A stretch of 64,000 nt of DNA from positions 15,495-79,494 of the IMG/VR virus record IMGVR_UViG_3300042549_008472. One strand, given 5' to 3'. Each line of letters starts with the position of its first letter. Position 1 is the stretch's first letter. The DNA comes from a virus. The notes beneath the pieces are model-generated. The model had not been told where the DNA came from, did not search any database, and saw only the letters and a list, made by a program, of their open reading frames with translations. Both the position numbers and the translations under genes were made by a program. This document shows positions 43,768 to 52,920 of this stretch, piece by piece.

Positions 43768-43895
43768 ATTCTGTTATTATTATTCTCTGTTTTACTTTTT
43801 CTTTCGCCGAAAACTTTTGAGGGAAATTGGCTGTACATAAATTACAAAGTAATCTGTATTTGATTTTATTTTCTGCCTTTAAAAACTTTTTATAA

Positions 43896-44813
43896 TCAAT
43901 CATTTTCTTCAAGTGTTATCGGTGCTAGAGTACCCTTCTGAACCATATATCTAATAGTATCACAGTATCCTTTTCTATTTTTGGAACAATACCCAGATTC
44001 TAAAACTTTATCACACATATAATCACAAGCTTCATCATAACTTAGATATCCTGCGCCTACGTAGCCACCAATTAATAAGGCGCAATTTCGTAGACTATAG
44101 TGTGCTGTTTGTTCACGGTCTATTTTTTCAAATGTTCTGTCAATTATCCTATAAATTCTATCTAAGTCAATTTCGCTTACATTCTCAACTTCTTGAAAAA
44201 TCCCATCATAAATTTTAAACTCGTCAATTTTTTCACCCCTCTGAGTCCAAATTTCAGCATCATCTCTCCACTTTAGATTTTCGTCCCAAGAAAGGTATAA
44301 AGGTAAAATAGGTGACTGTGAAGTACCATCGAAGCCTGTAAATTTAGAGAACCAATACCCCAAACCATAGAAATAAGCCTTAAATTCGTCAACCGTTCTT
44401 ATTCCATCAGGTAGTCTTATAATTGTCTTAACCCCTTTTCCAGAAGGACTGATATAAGCACATATACAAGATTTTAAGTTTTCAAAAATAAAGTCTCTAA
44501 GTTCCGAAGCAAATTCTACTTTGTCAAATTCCATCACGGCAACGCCAAGAAATGATTCGATGTCACTATAACTTCTTCCAAGACCATTTGTTCTTACACA
44601 AGGAGTGAAATAAAATAAGTTTTCTTTTAATTTTCTTTTTAATTCTTCATCCCCATTTTTAGAAGCTTCGTGAATTTTAATAAAAGTTTGCCTCATATCA
44701 TCGGAAGGAGAAGTGTTTGCTCGAATAAATTCTTTCAGTGTTATCTTTCCCAAAGGTTTAGTTATCTTCACATTGGCTGGATAATAATAAAATTCTTTTT
44801 CTAAATAACTCAT
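43896..44813 (-). CDS. BT4734/VirE-N-terminal-like primase-polymerase domain protein
   Basis: K..L.YFTP, EFD, SPSGKGVK, YLSWD. Confidence 0.65.
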   Translation of the reverse strand: MSYLEKEFYYYPANVKITKPLGKITLKEFIRANTSPSDDMRQTFIKIHEASKNGDEELKRKLKENLFYFTPCVRTNGLGRSYSDIESFLGVAVMEFDKVEFASELRDFIFENLKSCICAYISPSGKGVKTIIRLPDGIRTVDEFKAYFYGLGYWFSKFTGFDGTSQSPILPLYLSWDENLKWRDDAEIWTQRGEKIDEFKIYDGIFQEVENVSEIDLDRIYRIIDRTFEKIDREQTAHYSLRNCALLIGGYVGAGYLSYDEACDYMCDKVLESGYCSKNRKGYCDTIRYMVQKGTLAPITLEEND

Positions 44814-46406
44814 ATCCCCTTTGGTGCGTAATTATGAACATTAAATCTAATACTAGCTTTTGACAGATTAGTTAATCTTTTACCTTTTAAAGCTTCTTCT
44901 AAAATAGTGTCTTGACGCTCTTGTAGTAGAATATGGTTATGAAACCAAAACTCTTGTTTAGTTTTTTCTTCCGCCATAGCTTTCTCTAAGTCTAGTGGAG
45001 GAGTTGCCTCTGCATACATTTGTGTTAGTATTTCTAGGATTAGTTTGTCTAGTTTTTTCATGTTGTAATAATTCTTTTAAGGATGTTAATTGCAAATTCA
45101 GCTCTTTCATAATCGTCTGATGAGTTTGCATAATCTTTAAGTTTGTCAATTTCGGCGCGAATAAAATTAGAAGAGATATATTCTAAATCATCACTGTAAA
45201 TTTTATTAGCGCACCAAGAAACCATATACAGTTCATCAAAGTCACTACAGGTTTCTCCACAGTCTTCTAATCCTGTCTGCAAAAATATTTTATTTGGTTG
45301 GTTTTTCATTTTATAATGATATTAAATATTTTTCACTTGTGCAAGAAAAGAAACAAAAAACAGCCTTTAAAAACTAAAAAAGTGCATTCTCTTTTTGATA
45401 ACCATCCAGCTTCATAAGGTTCTGTAGTTTTTAAAGTTATGTGAGCAATTGATTCAACCCAAATATCGCCTTCAAAATCTTCTCTGTTATTATAAAATTC
45501 AATAGTGGCTGATTGATGTCTCGCCCTAAAATAAAAGAAATAACCAAGAAAATAACCTTCGGCTTGTACAGGACAATTTCCACCAGGTTTATTAATCCAC
45601 TTAAATAATTTTTTCATAACTTACTTTTACATTAGGACAAGCTCTACTATCTACACTACTATCAACTGTTATGTCACTTCTTTGAGGGTCAGCTAACCAA
45701 AATTGATGTCTTATGTGTTGTACAAGTGAGTAAGCTTCTCTACAAGACTCATCCACTTTAGAATTATATATCCCCCAAGAGCCATTCACTCCCATATCTT
45801 CTCCATATAATAAATTACGAGCCACATTAAGCTGTCTATCTACTTCTTCTCTTATTCCGTGGTATTGTTCCCAATCAGGAGAATGATGAATATTTTCTAA
45901 GTCAGTCCATTTTTTAATTTCCTCTCCATTACCCCATGTACCTTTAGTCCAAATAGCTGTCTTAGTTATTTTAGTTATTTCTCCTCTCATTGTTCTATCG
46001 CCAACTTTTAAAGGAGTTTTTGGAGAAGTGAGTCTCAATACAGAATTTTCAAATGTTGGATGATTTTTAATTTCGGTGAACTGTCCCATACCACAGCGAC
46101 TATAGAAATCTAAAGCTCTTTGAATTAACCTCAGTTGCTGTTCGTTACACTCTATTTTACAATTGTTTTCCATTACTCCTCAATCTTTTCTAAACACATT
46201 ATTTCTAAAACTTCTAGGTGGTCTTCAAGTAAGTCAAATAAATCAACATCTGAGTCTCTTACTGTAATACTTTGGATTTCAAAACTCGACGGAGTTGAAG
46301 GCGTTCCGCTCATGTCACTATAATATCTAACCTCTTCTTCTCCTGGGTCATAGTTACCTTCAATTGTAAGTTCTACTCCTCTAAATTCTAAAATTATTTT
46401 GTCCAT
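44810..46406 (-). CDS. Five small hypothetical genes
   Basis: Co-directional packed ORFs. Confidence 0.55.
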
Positions 46407-46777
46407 AATAAATATCCGTTAATTGCTAAACTTCCATAGAGTAATATTTTACTCCACAATGTCTTGTTTTTTTGTTGTTTTATTTGTTTTTCCTGCGATT
46501 CTGCCAACTCTTTATAAAGTAATATTTGATTATTCTTATTGTTTATTACAGTGTCTTTTAGATTTGACTTAGTTTCTAATTGTAACACTAGCTTTTTAGT
46601 CTGTTGTAATTCTAGCTCACAGTAATCACCTTTTATTAAATCTTTTATAACTTTTCTTGCGACCTCATTCTTTAAAACTACTTTTGTTGTGTCAACCTCA
46701 CTCTTAGTTTTCTCTTGTCCATACAAAGATACGGCGGAAAAAAGTAATATGCAAATTATTGTTAGTTTATTTTTCAT
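46394..46777 (-). CDS. Exported coiled-coil protein with C-terminal TM segment (possible spanin-like component)
   Basis: Signal peptide, coiled coil, hydrophobic C-terminus. Confidence 0.35.
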   Translation of the reverse strand: MKNKLTIICILLFSAVSLYGQEKTKSEVDTTKVVLKNEVARKVIKDLIKGDYCELELQQTKKLVLQLETKSNLKDTVINNKNNQILLYKELAESQEKQIKQQKNKTLWSKILLYGSLAINGYLLWTK

Positions 46778-47256
46778 TTTACTTGTTTTAAAATTATTAG
46801 TTTACCTTTTATTACTTTGCTTTCGGCTTCATCAAATCTTTTTACAGTGTCTTGCCATTTTTCAAATTTATCAAAAGACTCTGTTCTGTCATCTAAGTCT
46901 TTAAATTTATCAATATTTGGCTTTTCAATCGGATTAACCCAATGCAATCCATTTGCTTTTAATAGGTTTAAAAACTCATCAAAATCTAACTTTAAATCTT
47001 GCCTGATATAATCGTCAAGTGCTGTTAAAATTGAATTAGCTGTTACTTCTCCGAGTATTTCGAAATCTTCATTGCTTCCTAAATTTATTTCAAATCTTGA
47101 CGAGCCGACATCGTAAGTTAAATACATATTTCCTAACAACGAAAATAAATATCTTTCTGAATTTATCGGCACTTCCACCGCTATTAAGTCAGTAGGGAGT
47201 AACTGTATTGGTTCACTTTCCATATCGTTCTTCAAAATATTTAGATAAATCTTCAT
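46774..47256 (-). CDS. Hypothetical protein
   Basis: 160-aa ORF. Confidence 0.55.
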   Translation of the reverse strand: MKIYLNILKNDMESEPIQLLPTDLIAVEVPINSERYLFSLLGNMYLTYDVGSSRFEINLGSNEDFEILGEVTANSILTALDDYIRQDLKLDFDEFLNLLKANGLHWVNPIEKPNIDKFKDLDDRTESFDKFEKWQDTVKRFDEAESKVIKGKLIILKQVK

Positions 47257-47542
47257 TAGAGTATCTGTCGATATATTTAATTTGGACTTCTCTCTCTTTT
47301 GTGATGTTGTTAATAACTGTTTTTGTCTCTACTATTAGACCGTCTAAACTGTCTATTTGTTTCTGTTGTTCTCTCTCTTTTGCTTCGTACTTTTGAATTT
47401 CTTTCTTAGTTTGTTCATCTTTATATTCTAAGAGTTCATTAGTATTCCGCCACTGAAAAAATAAGATAATGATTAAAATTAATATTAAAATTAACTGCCA
47501 ATTAGACTTTAAAGAGGATACGATTCCTTGTTTGTTTTCCAT
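47213..47542 (-). CDS. N-terminally anchored coiled-coil protein (i-spanin-like)
   Basis: TM helix followed by coiled coil. Confidence 0.35.
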   Translation of the reverse strand: MENKQGIVSSLKSNWQLILILILIIILFFQWRNTNELLEYKDEQTKKEIQKYEAKEREQQKQIDSLDGLIVETKTVINNITKEREVQIKYIDRYSNEDLSKYFEERYGK

Positions 47543-47665
47543 TATAGTGAATTATTAGTATTTTACTTTCTTCTACATATTCTAAATTTGGCTTATATTT
47601 GTACAAAAGTAGAATGATGACTATTAATATTATGATTGTTGCTAACATATATTATTAAGATAACG

Positions 47666-48121
47666 TTAATACTGACAAATTTGCCCCGTAAAATTAACAG
47701 TAAAAGGCTGGTTAATATTTAAAGGTTGTCCACTTGTATTCGTGTAAGAGTAAAAGTAAGTATTGCCACTTACCCACGTTCCCGCTGGCTGAAAAGTTTT
47801 TCCTTGAATTACTAAAGTAGCGTTTGGGTTTACGATTGGGACATTTGATTGAAATTTCAAATAAAACCCATTACTTTGACCTTGTCCAGTTACCAAAATA
47901 GGGCAATTTGTAGGCGGTGTGTATTGATAATAAGATGCTGGAACTTTCATAATTTCCCCGTTTCGGATAACTAAAATAGTGTCGTTTACCGTGCCTATTG
48001 AGGCTTTTAGTTTTACGTTTCCATTAACTTCTAGCTTAGCCGTTGGGTTTTTCGTTCCGATTCCAACGTTTTGAGAAATTGCCATTGTTGGCAAAATTAG
48101 TAGTAAAAATAGTTTTTTCAT
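47666..48121 (-). CDS. Secreted protein with Bacteroidota QNVGIGT.NP.AKLEVNG motif
   Basis: Signal peptide plus GIGT motif and beta-rich C-terminus. Confidence 0.55.
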   Translation of the reverse strand: MKKLFLLLILPTMAISQNVGIGTKNPTAKLEVNGNVKLKASIGTVNDTILVIRNGEIMKVPASYYQYTPPTNCPILVTGQGQSNGFYLKFQSNVPIVNPNATLVIQGKTFQPAGTWVSGNTYFYSYTNTSGQPLNINQPFTVNFTGQICQY

Positions 48122-48122
48122 T

Positions 48123-48304
48123 TTAAAAAGGTGTTTCTGATTTCTCAGGTTTTGGAATTAAATTTTTGTACTTTTTTTTTGATTTTTCCGATATCGCATC
48201 TCTGATGAATTTACCTACATCTACGTTATAATATTTCATCTTTTATAAAGTTTTGTGTTGCGTTTCTGAAATTCGTATAACCTTGTTTTAGTATATAATT
48301 TCAT
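48123..48304 (-). pseudogene. Ribbon-helix-helix-like small gene, disrupted
   Basis: MKLYTKT (frameshift) VIRISETQHKTL (TAA) KMKYYNVDVGKFIRDAISEK...PKPEKSETPF. Confidence 0.55.
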
Positions 48305-48337
48305 AATTGTAATACATTTATAGCGATTAGCGATTAG

Positions 48338-48547
48338 TTATGTGATATTTACGCAGTTGACTAAAGCGTACCACATTCCTTTTTCATCATAACAAGTTTC
48401 AGCTTCTTTATTTATTTTAGCTATTTTAAAAATTAAACCGTTGCAATAATTTACTGTATCCCCGACAGAAAAAACATCACATAACAGTGGTTTTGACTTA
48501 TTGCCACATTCGATTAAATTTTCAGTTTGTTTTGTACTTGTATTCAT
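48338..48547 (-). CDS. Cassette gene, hypothetical
   Basis: Start inside hairpin loop, stop TAA inside GTTA core. Confidence 0.7.
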   Translation of the reverse strand: MNTSTKQTENLIECGNKSKPLLCDVFSVGDTVNYCNGLIFKIAKINKEAETCYDEKGMWYALVNCVNIT

Positions 48548-48612
48548 TGTGTTTAATTTAAATATTAGGTCTTATTTTATTGGCAACAAGACAAAGCCAC
48601 AATCCGTTAGCG
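48479..48612 (+). repeat. attC-like site
   Basis: ACATAAC, arm 48487-48506, arm 48581-48600 (17/20 complementary), GTTAGCG. Confidence 0.85.
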
Positions 48613-48867
48613 GTAATTTGCGAGAGCCGTAACTCGTTCCCAAAAAACTTTTTCAACTCTATCCATATCAAAACGGCTACTTTCTTTCATCATTAAAAAC
48701 ATTTGAGTAATAGCATAATCAAGCTCGCCTTTATCTTCTGTTTTTAAGTCAAAGTTTTTTTCTTTATTTTCTCCATAAAAAACCAACCATTTTACTTCGT
48801 CAACGGAAAAACTACCGCTAACAATCGTTTTGTCTAATGGCTTGGCTTGGGTATTATCTGAAATCAT
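48607..48867 (-). CDS. Cassette gene, hypothetical
   Basis: Start inside hairpin loop, stop in GTTA core. Confidence 0.7.
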   Translation of the reverse strand: MISDNTQAKPLDKTIVSGSFSVDEVKWLVFYGENKEKNFDLKTEDKGELDYAITQMFLMMKESSRFDMDRVEKVFWERVTALANYR

Positions 48868-48950
48868 ATTTTTTAAATTTAAAAGTTAGTGTATTTTTGT
48901 AAAGTCTAGTCTTAAATTACGCCACTAGACAAAGCGACCAAACGTTATAA
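48816..48950 (+). repeat. attC-like site
   Basis: CGCTAAC, arm 48826-48841, arm 48921-48936 (14/16), GTTATAA. Confidence 0.85.
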
Positions 48951-49151
48951 GCAAGTGTTACGTTTAGTCCATAAATTAGACAATAACCCAACAAGATTAT
49001 GAACGCAACTTTTTACATAAATCCGCTTCCATTCTACCAACCCAGTTAATTCATCTTCACGCCTCAATAATTCAACTGTTTTTATTCCACTTCTAAAATC
49101 TTGAACAAAACTAATATGTTCCCATTTACTCCATTTTCTTTTTTTAAACAT
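48945..49151 (-). CDS. Cassette gene, hypothetical
   Basis: Stop in GTTA core. Confidence 0.7.
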   Translation of the reverse strand: MFKKRKWSKWEHISFVQDFRSGIKTVELLRREDELTGLVEWKRIYVKSCVHNLVGLLSNLWTKRNTCL

Positions 49152-49192
49152 AATTTTATAATTTAAGTTATTTTTTAATTACCTACACCTGC

Positions 49193-49320
49193 TTATAACA
49201 GCAGTTACACGGCAGTTTGGGCTTTGTTTTTAATTTTCTGTTATTGTTTTTAAGTTCTGTTTCAACTCCGAAAGTATAGGCTTTTTTTACCTCAACCGCT
49301 CGTGTAACTGCAAAACTACG
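49193..49320 (+). repeat. Terminal attC-like site lacking its GTT core
   Basis: TTATAAC, GCAGTTACACG...CGTGTAACTGC (11/11), AAAAC, then TAC instead of GTT. Confidence 0.7.
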
Positions 49321-49341
49321 TAAGCAATAAAATAAAATTGC

Positions 49342-49920
49342 CTACACAATAGGCAATGTCCAATCATTTTTAACGCAATACTCTTTACAAGCATTTCCAA
49401 TCTTTGTAATTATTTCCGCATCTGCTTCTAACATTCCGTGTCCTTTCCATTCATAGGTACTTTGAATTGTATCGGAAATATTACCAATTACTTTAATCAA
49501 ATCTTCTTTTGTCAATTTTTCTAATAAGTTTTCCATCACTAATTTTTTAGATAACTTCTTTTAACATTTCTTTCATGTACAGTAAAACTACCTTTAAGTT
49601 CATCATAGATATGGAAGTACCCGCTGTTAAAGTACCCAAAATACCTACCTCCACCAATTCTGTTTTTTAAAAATATTAAATATTTCATAATGCTTATATT
49701 ATATAATGTTTAAAAATCTCGCCCAAAAATAAGACTGATAAAAAAGAGAACTGTAAAAAATCCAAAACCCTACAAGCTTTAGCCATTTAGGCGTTACAAT
49801 TGTAAAAACTTCTGTAAAAGTTACAAGAGGTACATTAAATAATTTTGTAAAACTTAGTAAATGTAAAACTCCAAATACTAAAGTAAAGGAGAATAAAAAA
49901 TCTGTTGTTGTCATATTCAT
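49342..49920 (-). CDS. Small hypothetical genes (49342-49539; membrane protein 49699-49920)
   Basis: ORFs downstream of the promoter at 49934-49964. Confidence 0.55.
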
Positions 49921-49933
49921 CTGTTTTATACGG

Positions 49934-49964
49934 CAAATATATAACCTATTTTTTAACTGTGCAA
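49934..49964 (-). promoter_or_regulatory. Bacteroidota-type promoter reading toward the cassette array
   Basis: Minus strand TTGCAC...TATATTTG. Confidence 0.65.
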
Positions 49965-50025
49965 GTTATTTGTGTTAAAAAACGTAGAGAGCATAAAAAA
50001 TCCCCCAATTAAGGAGGATTTGGTT

Positions 50026-52158
50026 TTATGCAGAACAGGCTAAACAATCCTCTCCCTCTTTTGGCTTTTCAAAAACAGTTCTTTTATATAAAGATTCAGT
50101 TCCTACTTTTTTCTTTTTTGTGCGAGTGTAATAGACACCCGTTTTTAATCCTTTTTGCCACGCATAAATTAAAGCACTTGAAATCTTAGTAAAATCAGCA
50201 TCCAAGTAATAAGTATTAAAACTGTAAGATTGGTCTATAAAAGGAGCAGATTCTGCTAACATATCAATCCTATGTCTTTGCTTTACTTCATAAGCTGTTT
50301 TATACTTATCTCTTATAGGTTTTGGTATAAATGCAATACTTTGAATACTACCTTCTGCTTGGATAATCATATCTGCCATATCTTTATCCCACAAACCAAT
50401 AGCTTTTAATTCTTTTACTAAAGTATCTTGAACTACTACAAATTCACCTTTATCTAATTTTCTAACATACATCATAGATTGTGGAACTTCAAATCCCTCT
50501 GTGCAAGATAATAAATTAGAACTTGATGCTGTTGGCATTAAAGCTACAAATAAGGTGTTACAAACTGGTTTAGAAGTATCAACATCTAAATCTTTAATGT
50601 CTATTCCATACTTACAGGGGTGTAAATTCCAAGTTGCATAATCTGATTTTTCATAATCTTTAAATTGAATACCGTAATCTTCATAATATCTTTGACTACC
50701 TTTAATTGCTCCTTCATAAATCTGTTTCATTACCTCTTTCATTTCTTTTGGTGCGTCAGGGTGTTCAAAATGTAATCCTCTATCATATAAATACTCTGCT
50801 AAACCAGCAACACCGATTCCAACTGACCTTTGATTTAATCCACCTTTTAAAGCTCTTTCTGTTGGATATTTATTTCTGTCAATTACTCTATTAATATTAT
50901 AACATAGTACCTCTGCCGCTTTTTTTATATCTTTGCAATATGGTAAAGGAATAGAACCTAAAGCGCATTGCCCTGTTTCATCAGGGGTTGCTATGTTGGT
51001 TATTTCTGCACAAAGTTGAGTTGACTTTACAACACCTAAATGTCTTTGCATATTATACTTATTAATAGTATCTATGTAGTTTATGTAAGGTGTTCCTGTT
51101 GAAACTTGTGATGCAATCATTTTTTGCCAAATTTCTAAAGGGTTTATTTTTTCGCCAATACCTAATTCAACTGCTTTATTATAAGCATCTGTCGCTTCTT
51201 GCCCTACTAATTCATATAATCTAATATTATGTTTTTCAAGGTCATAAGGACAAAACAGATAAAAGTCTTTTTGGTTAATTAACGATTCCATAAAGAAATC
51301 ATTGATAACAACTCCTGTGAAAATATCTCTTGTTCTTAATCTCTCATCTCCCTCGTTTAGTCTTAATTCTAAAAACGGAATAATATCTTTATGATAAATT
51401 GGTAAATATATTGAGGCACTTCCAGGTCTTCTGCCCTTTTGATTGTAAAACCTTAAAGTGGCTTGCATCATATCCGCTAAACGAACTACACCACTTGCAA
51501 AACCTTGACCTCCTACTCTTGATTTACTACTTCTTATATTACCAATATAAACACCTATACCAGCACCATTTTTACTTGATTTTGCAATCTCTTTTAAACT
51601 TTCTTGTATTGAATCAAGGTCATCCCCTGCCAACATACTGGAATCACAACTTATAAAAGTTTCAGAACCTGTTCCAGCATTTAAAGTTGTAGGTGTAGCA
51701 AAATTAATTTGTTTTGAAATTAGCATATCAAACATTTCTTGCTTTTCTTCTGTTGTTTCTCCAAAGTAGTCTGCTATTCTTGCATACATTTCTTGCGGAG
51801 TTTCATTTCCTTGTTGATAGGTTTTTTTAAATGTCGAATAGGCTAAATAATCATATTTAATATCTTTGTCTATGTCAAAAGAAAATCTGTTTTTATTTGT
51901 TTTGCGGAAATCTCTTGTTAAGGCAATTCTCGCCGCAAAAAAACTATAATCAGAATCTAATACAATCTTACCCAAAGCCTCGCTAATAATGATTTCATCA
52001 ATCTCATTAGTGGTTATACCATCTTTAATTTGTCCTATAACTGATTGTGTTAACGTATCACAATCTACGTTTAAACCCTCCCCTTGCTTCTTAATTCTGT
52101 TTAAAATTTTGTTTGGTGAAAAGCTTTCCTCTTTTCCGTTAGTTTTTATTATCTTCAT
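50026..52158 (-). CDS. nrdA: Class Ia ribonucleotide reductase alpha subunit
   Basis: ATP-cone, ATPT..NAG, ISC, STQLCAEI, MPTASSS, GLKTGVYY, C-terminal CLACSA. Confidence 0.93.
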   Translation of the reverse strand: MKIIKTNGKEESFSPNKILNRIKKQGEGLNVDCDTLTQSVIGQIKDGITTNEIDEIIISEALGKIVLDSDYSFFAARIALTRDFRKTNKNRFSFDIDKDIKYDYLAYSTFKKTYQQGNETPQEMYARIADYFGETTEEKQEMFDMLISKQINFATPTTLNAGTGSETFISCDSSMLAGDDLDSIQESLKEIAKSSKNGAGIGVYIGNIRSSKSRVGGQGFASGVVRLADMMQATLRFYNQKGRRPGSASIYLPIYHKDIIPFLELRLNEGDERLRTRDIFTGVVINDFFMESLINQKDFYLFCPYDLEKHNIRLYELVGQEATDAYNKAVELGIGEKINPLEIWQKMIASQVSTGTPYINYIDTINKYNMQRHLGVVKSTQLCAEITNIATPDETGQCALGSIPLPYCKDIKKAAEVLCYNINRVIDRNKYPTERALKGGLNQRSVGIGVAGLAEYLYDRGLHFEHPDAPKEMKEVMKQIYEGAIKGSQRYYEDYGIQFKDYEKSDYATWNLHPCKYGIDIKDLDVDTSKPVCNTLFVALMPTASSSNLLSCTEGFEVPQSMMYVRKLDKGEFVVVQDTLVKELKAIGLWDKDMADMIIQAEGSIQSIAFIPKPIRDKYKTAYEVKQRHRIDMLAESAPFIDQSYSFNTYYLDADFTKISSALIYAWQKGLKTGVYYTRTKKKKVGTESLYKRTVFEKPKEGEDCLACSA

Positions 52159-52917
52159 TTAATTATTTCTTAGTTTAAAAAGTTTTTCCACGCTTACCTT
52201 ATTACCACCGATTTTACCATTTGCCGATAAAGAAGATTTTGCTTCCTTTTGCCAAACACATTCAAAATCAGTAGGTGCTTCATATTCACTTACAAAAATT
52301 GTGTGTCCTTGCTTTGCCTTTTCTCTGCACCAAATCCAAAAATTTGAATGATTAAAGTCTTTTGATGTGGAGTATTGTTTAGTTCCTTGATATGGAATGT
52401 CGCAATAAATAATACTGTTTGCGGGTATTTCCAATTCAGTATAATCTTTGTTCTCAAATTGAACACCCCACATCTTTGGTAATTGCTTTTCAATATTACT
52501 TATTGCTTCCTTAATGTAATCTCTTACCGTTCCAATTTTTGTATTTGATTTACCCGAATATCCGCCATCAAAAAATCTACCGTTTGCAGAACCCATCCAA
52601 CCAATCCAACCCACCATATCATCAGTTATATTCGTTTTATGTTCAAATCTTGTTTCTCTGCCGTTGTAAACATCTCTTGCAAGGTCATACAATTCTTTTG
52701 GTATGTCCGTTGGATATTTAATTCCATTTGCTAACCCTTTCCACATTTCAATTAAGTGGTAGTTTTTATCATTGGCAAGCCTATTACCACCTACCTCGCA
52801 AATAGCGTTCATTCCACCTGCAAATGGCTCAATATACCATTGGTCGGTTGTTCTATCTTTTAATATTATCGGCAAAATTTCTTTGGTAAATCGTGCCTTG
52901 CTTCCCATGTATTTCAT
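52159..52917 (-). CDS. Dam-like (D12 class) DNA adenine methyltransferase
   Basis: KYMGSK, EPFAGG, IYCDIPY (DPPY variant), VSEY. Confidence 0.85.
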   Translation of the reverse strand: MKYMGSKARFTKEILPIILKDRTTDQWYIEPFAGGMNAICEVGGNRLANDKNYHLIEMWKGLANGIKYPTDIPKELYDLARDVYNGRETRFEHKTNITDDMVGWIGWMGSANGRFFDGGYSGKSNTKIGTVRDYIKEAISNIEKQLPKMWGVQFENKDYTELEIPANSIIYCDIPYQGTKQYSTSKDFNHSNFWIWCREKAKQGHTIFVSEYEAPTDFECVWQKEAKSSLSANGKIGGNKVSVEKLFKLRNN

Positions 52918-52920
52918 ATA

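Larger units (their letters stand above)
48305..49320 (+). mobile_element. Integrase-less integron-like cassette array (3 cassettes)
   Basis: Self-complementary ends GTTATGTGAT/ATCACATAAC, GTTAGCGGTA/TACCGCTAAC, GTTATAAGCA/TGCTTATAAC, each followed by an inverted repeat. Confidence 0.85.

Noticed and set aside
47640-48121. 47666-48121 as another cassette (its stop also lies in GTTA at 47665)
   Set aside because: No complementary ...AAC end or hairpin was found at its other end
48337-49320. CRISPR array or terminators
   Set aside because: The repeats are not identical, the intervening units are whole genes, and the hairpins have long loops without U tracts
52159-52917. Dam-like gene as a cassette
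   Set aside because: No GTT/AAC cores or hairpins flank it
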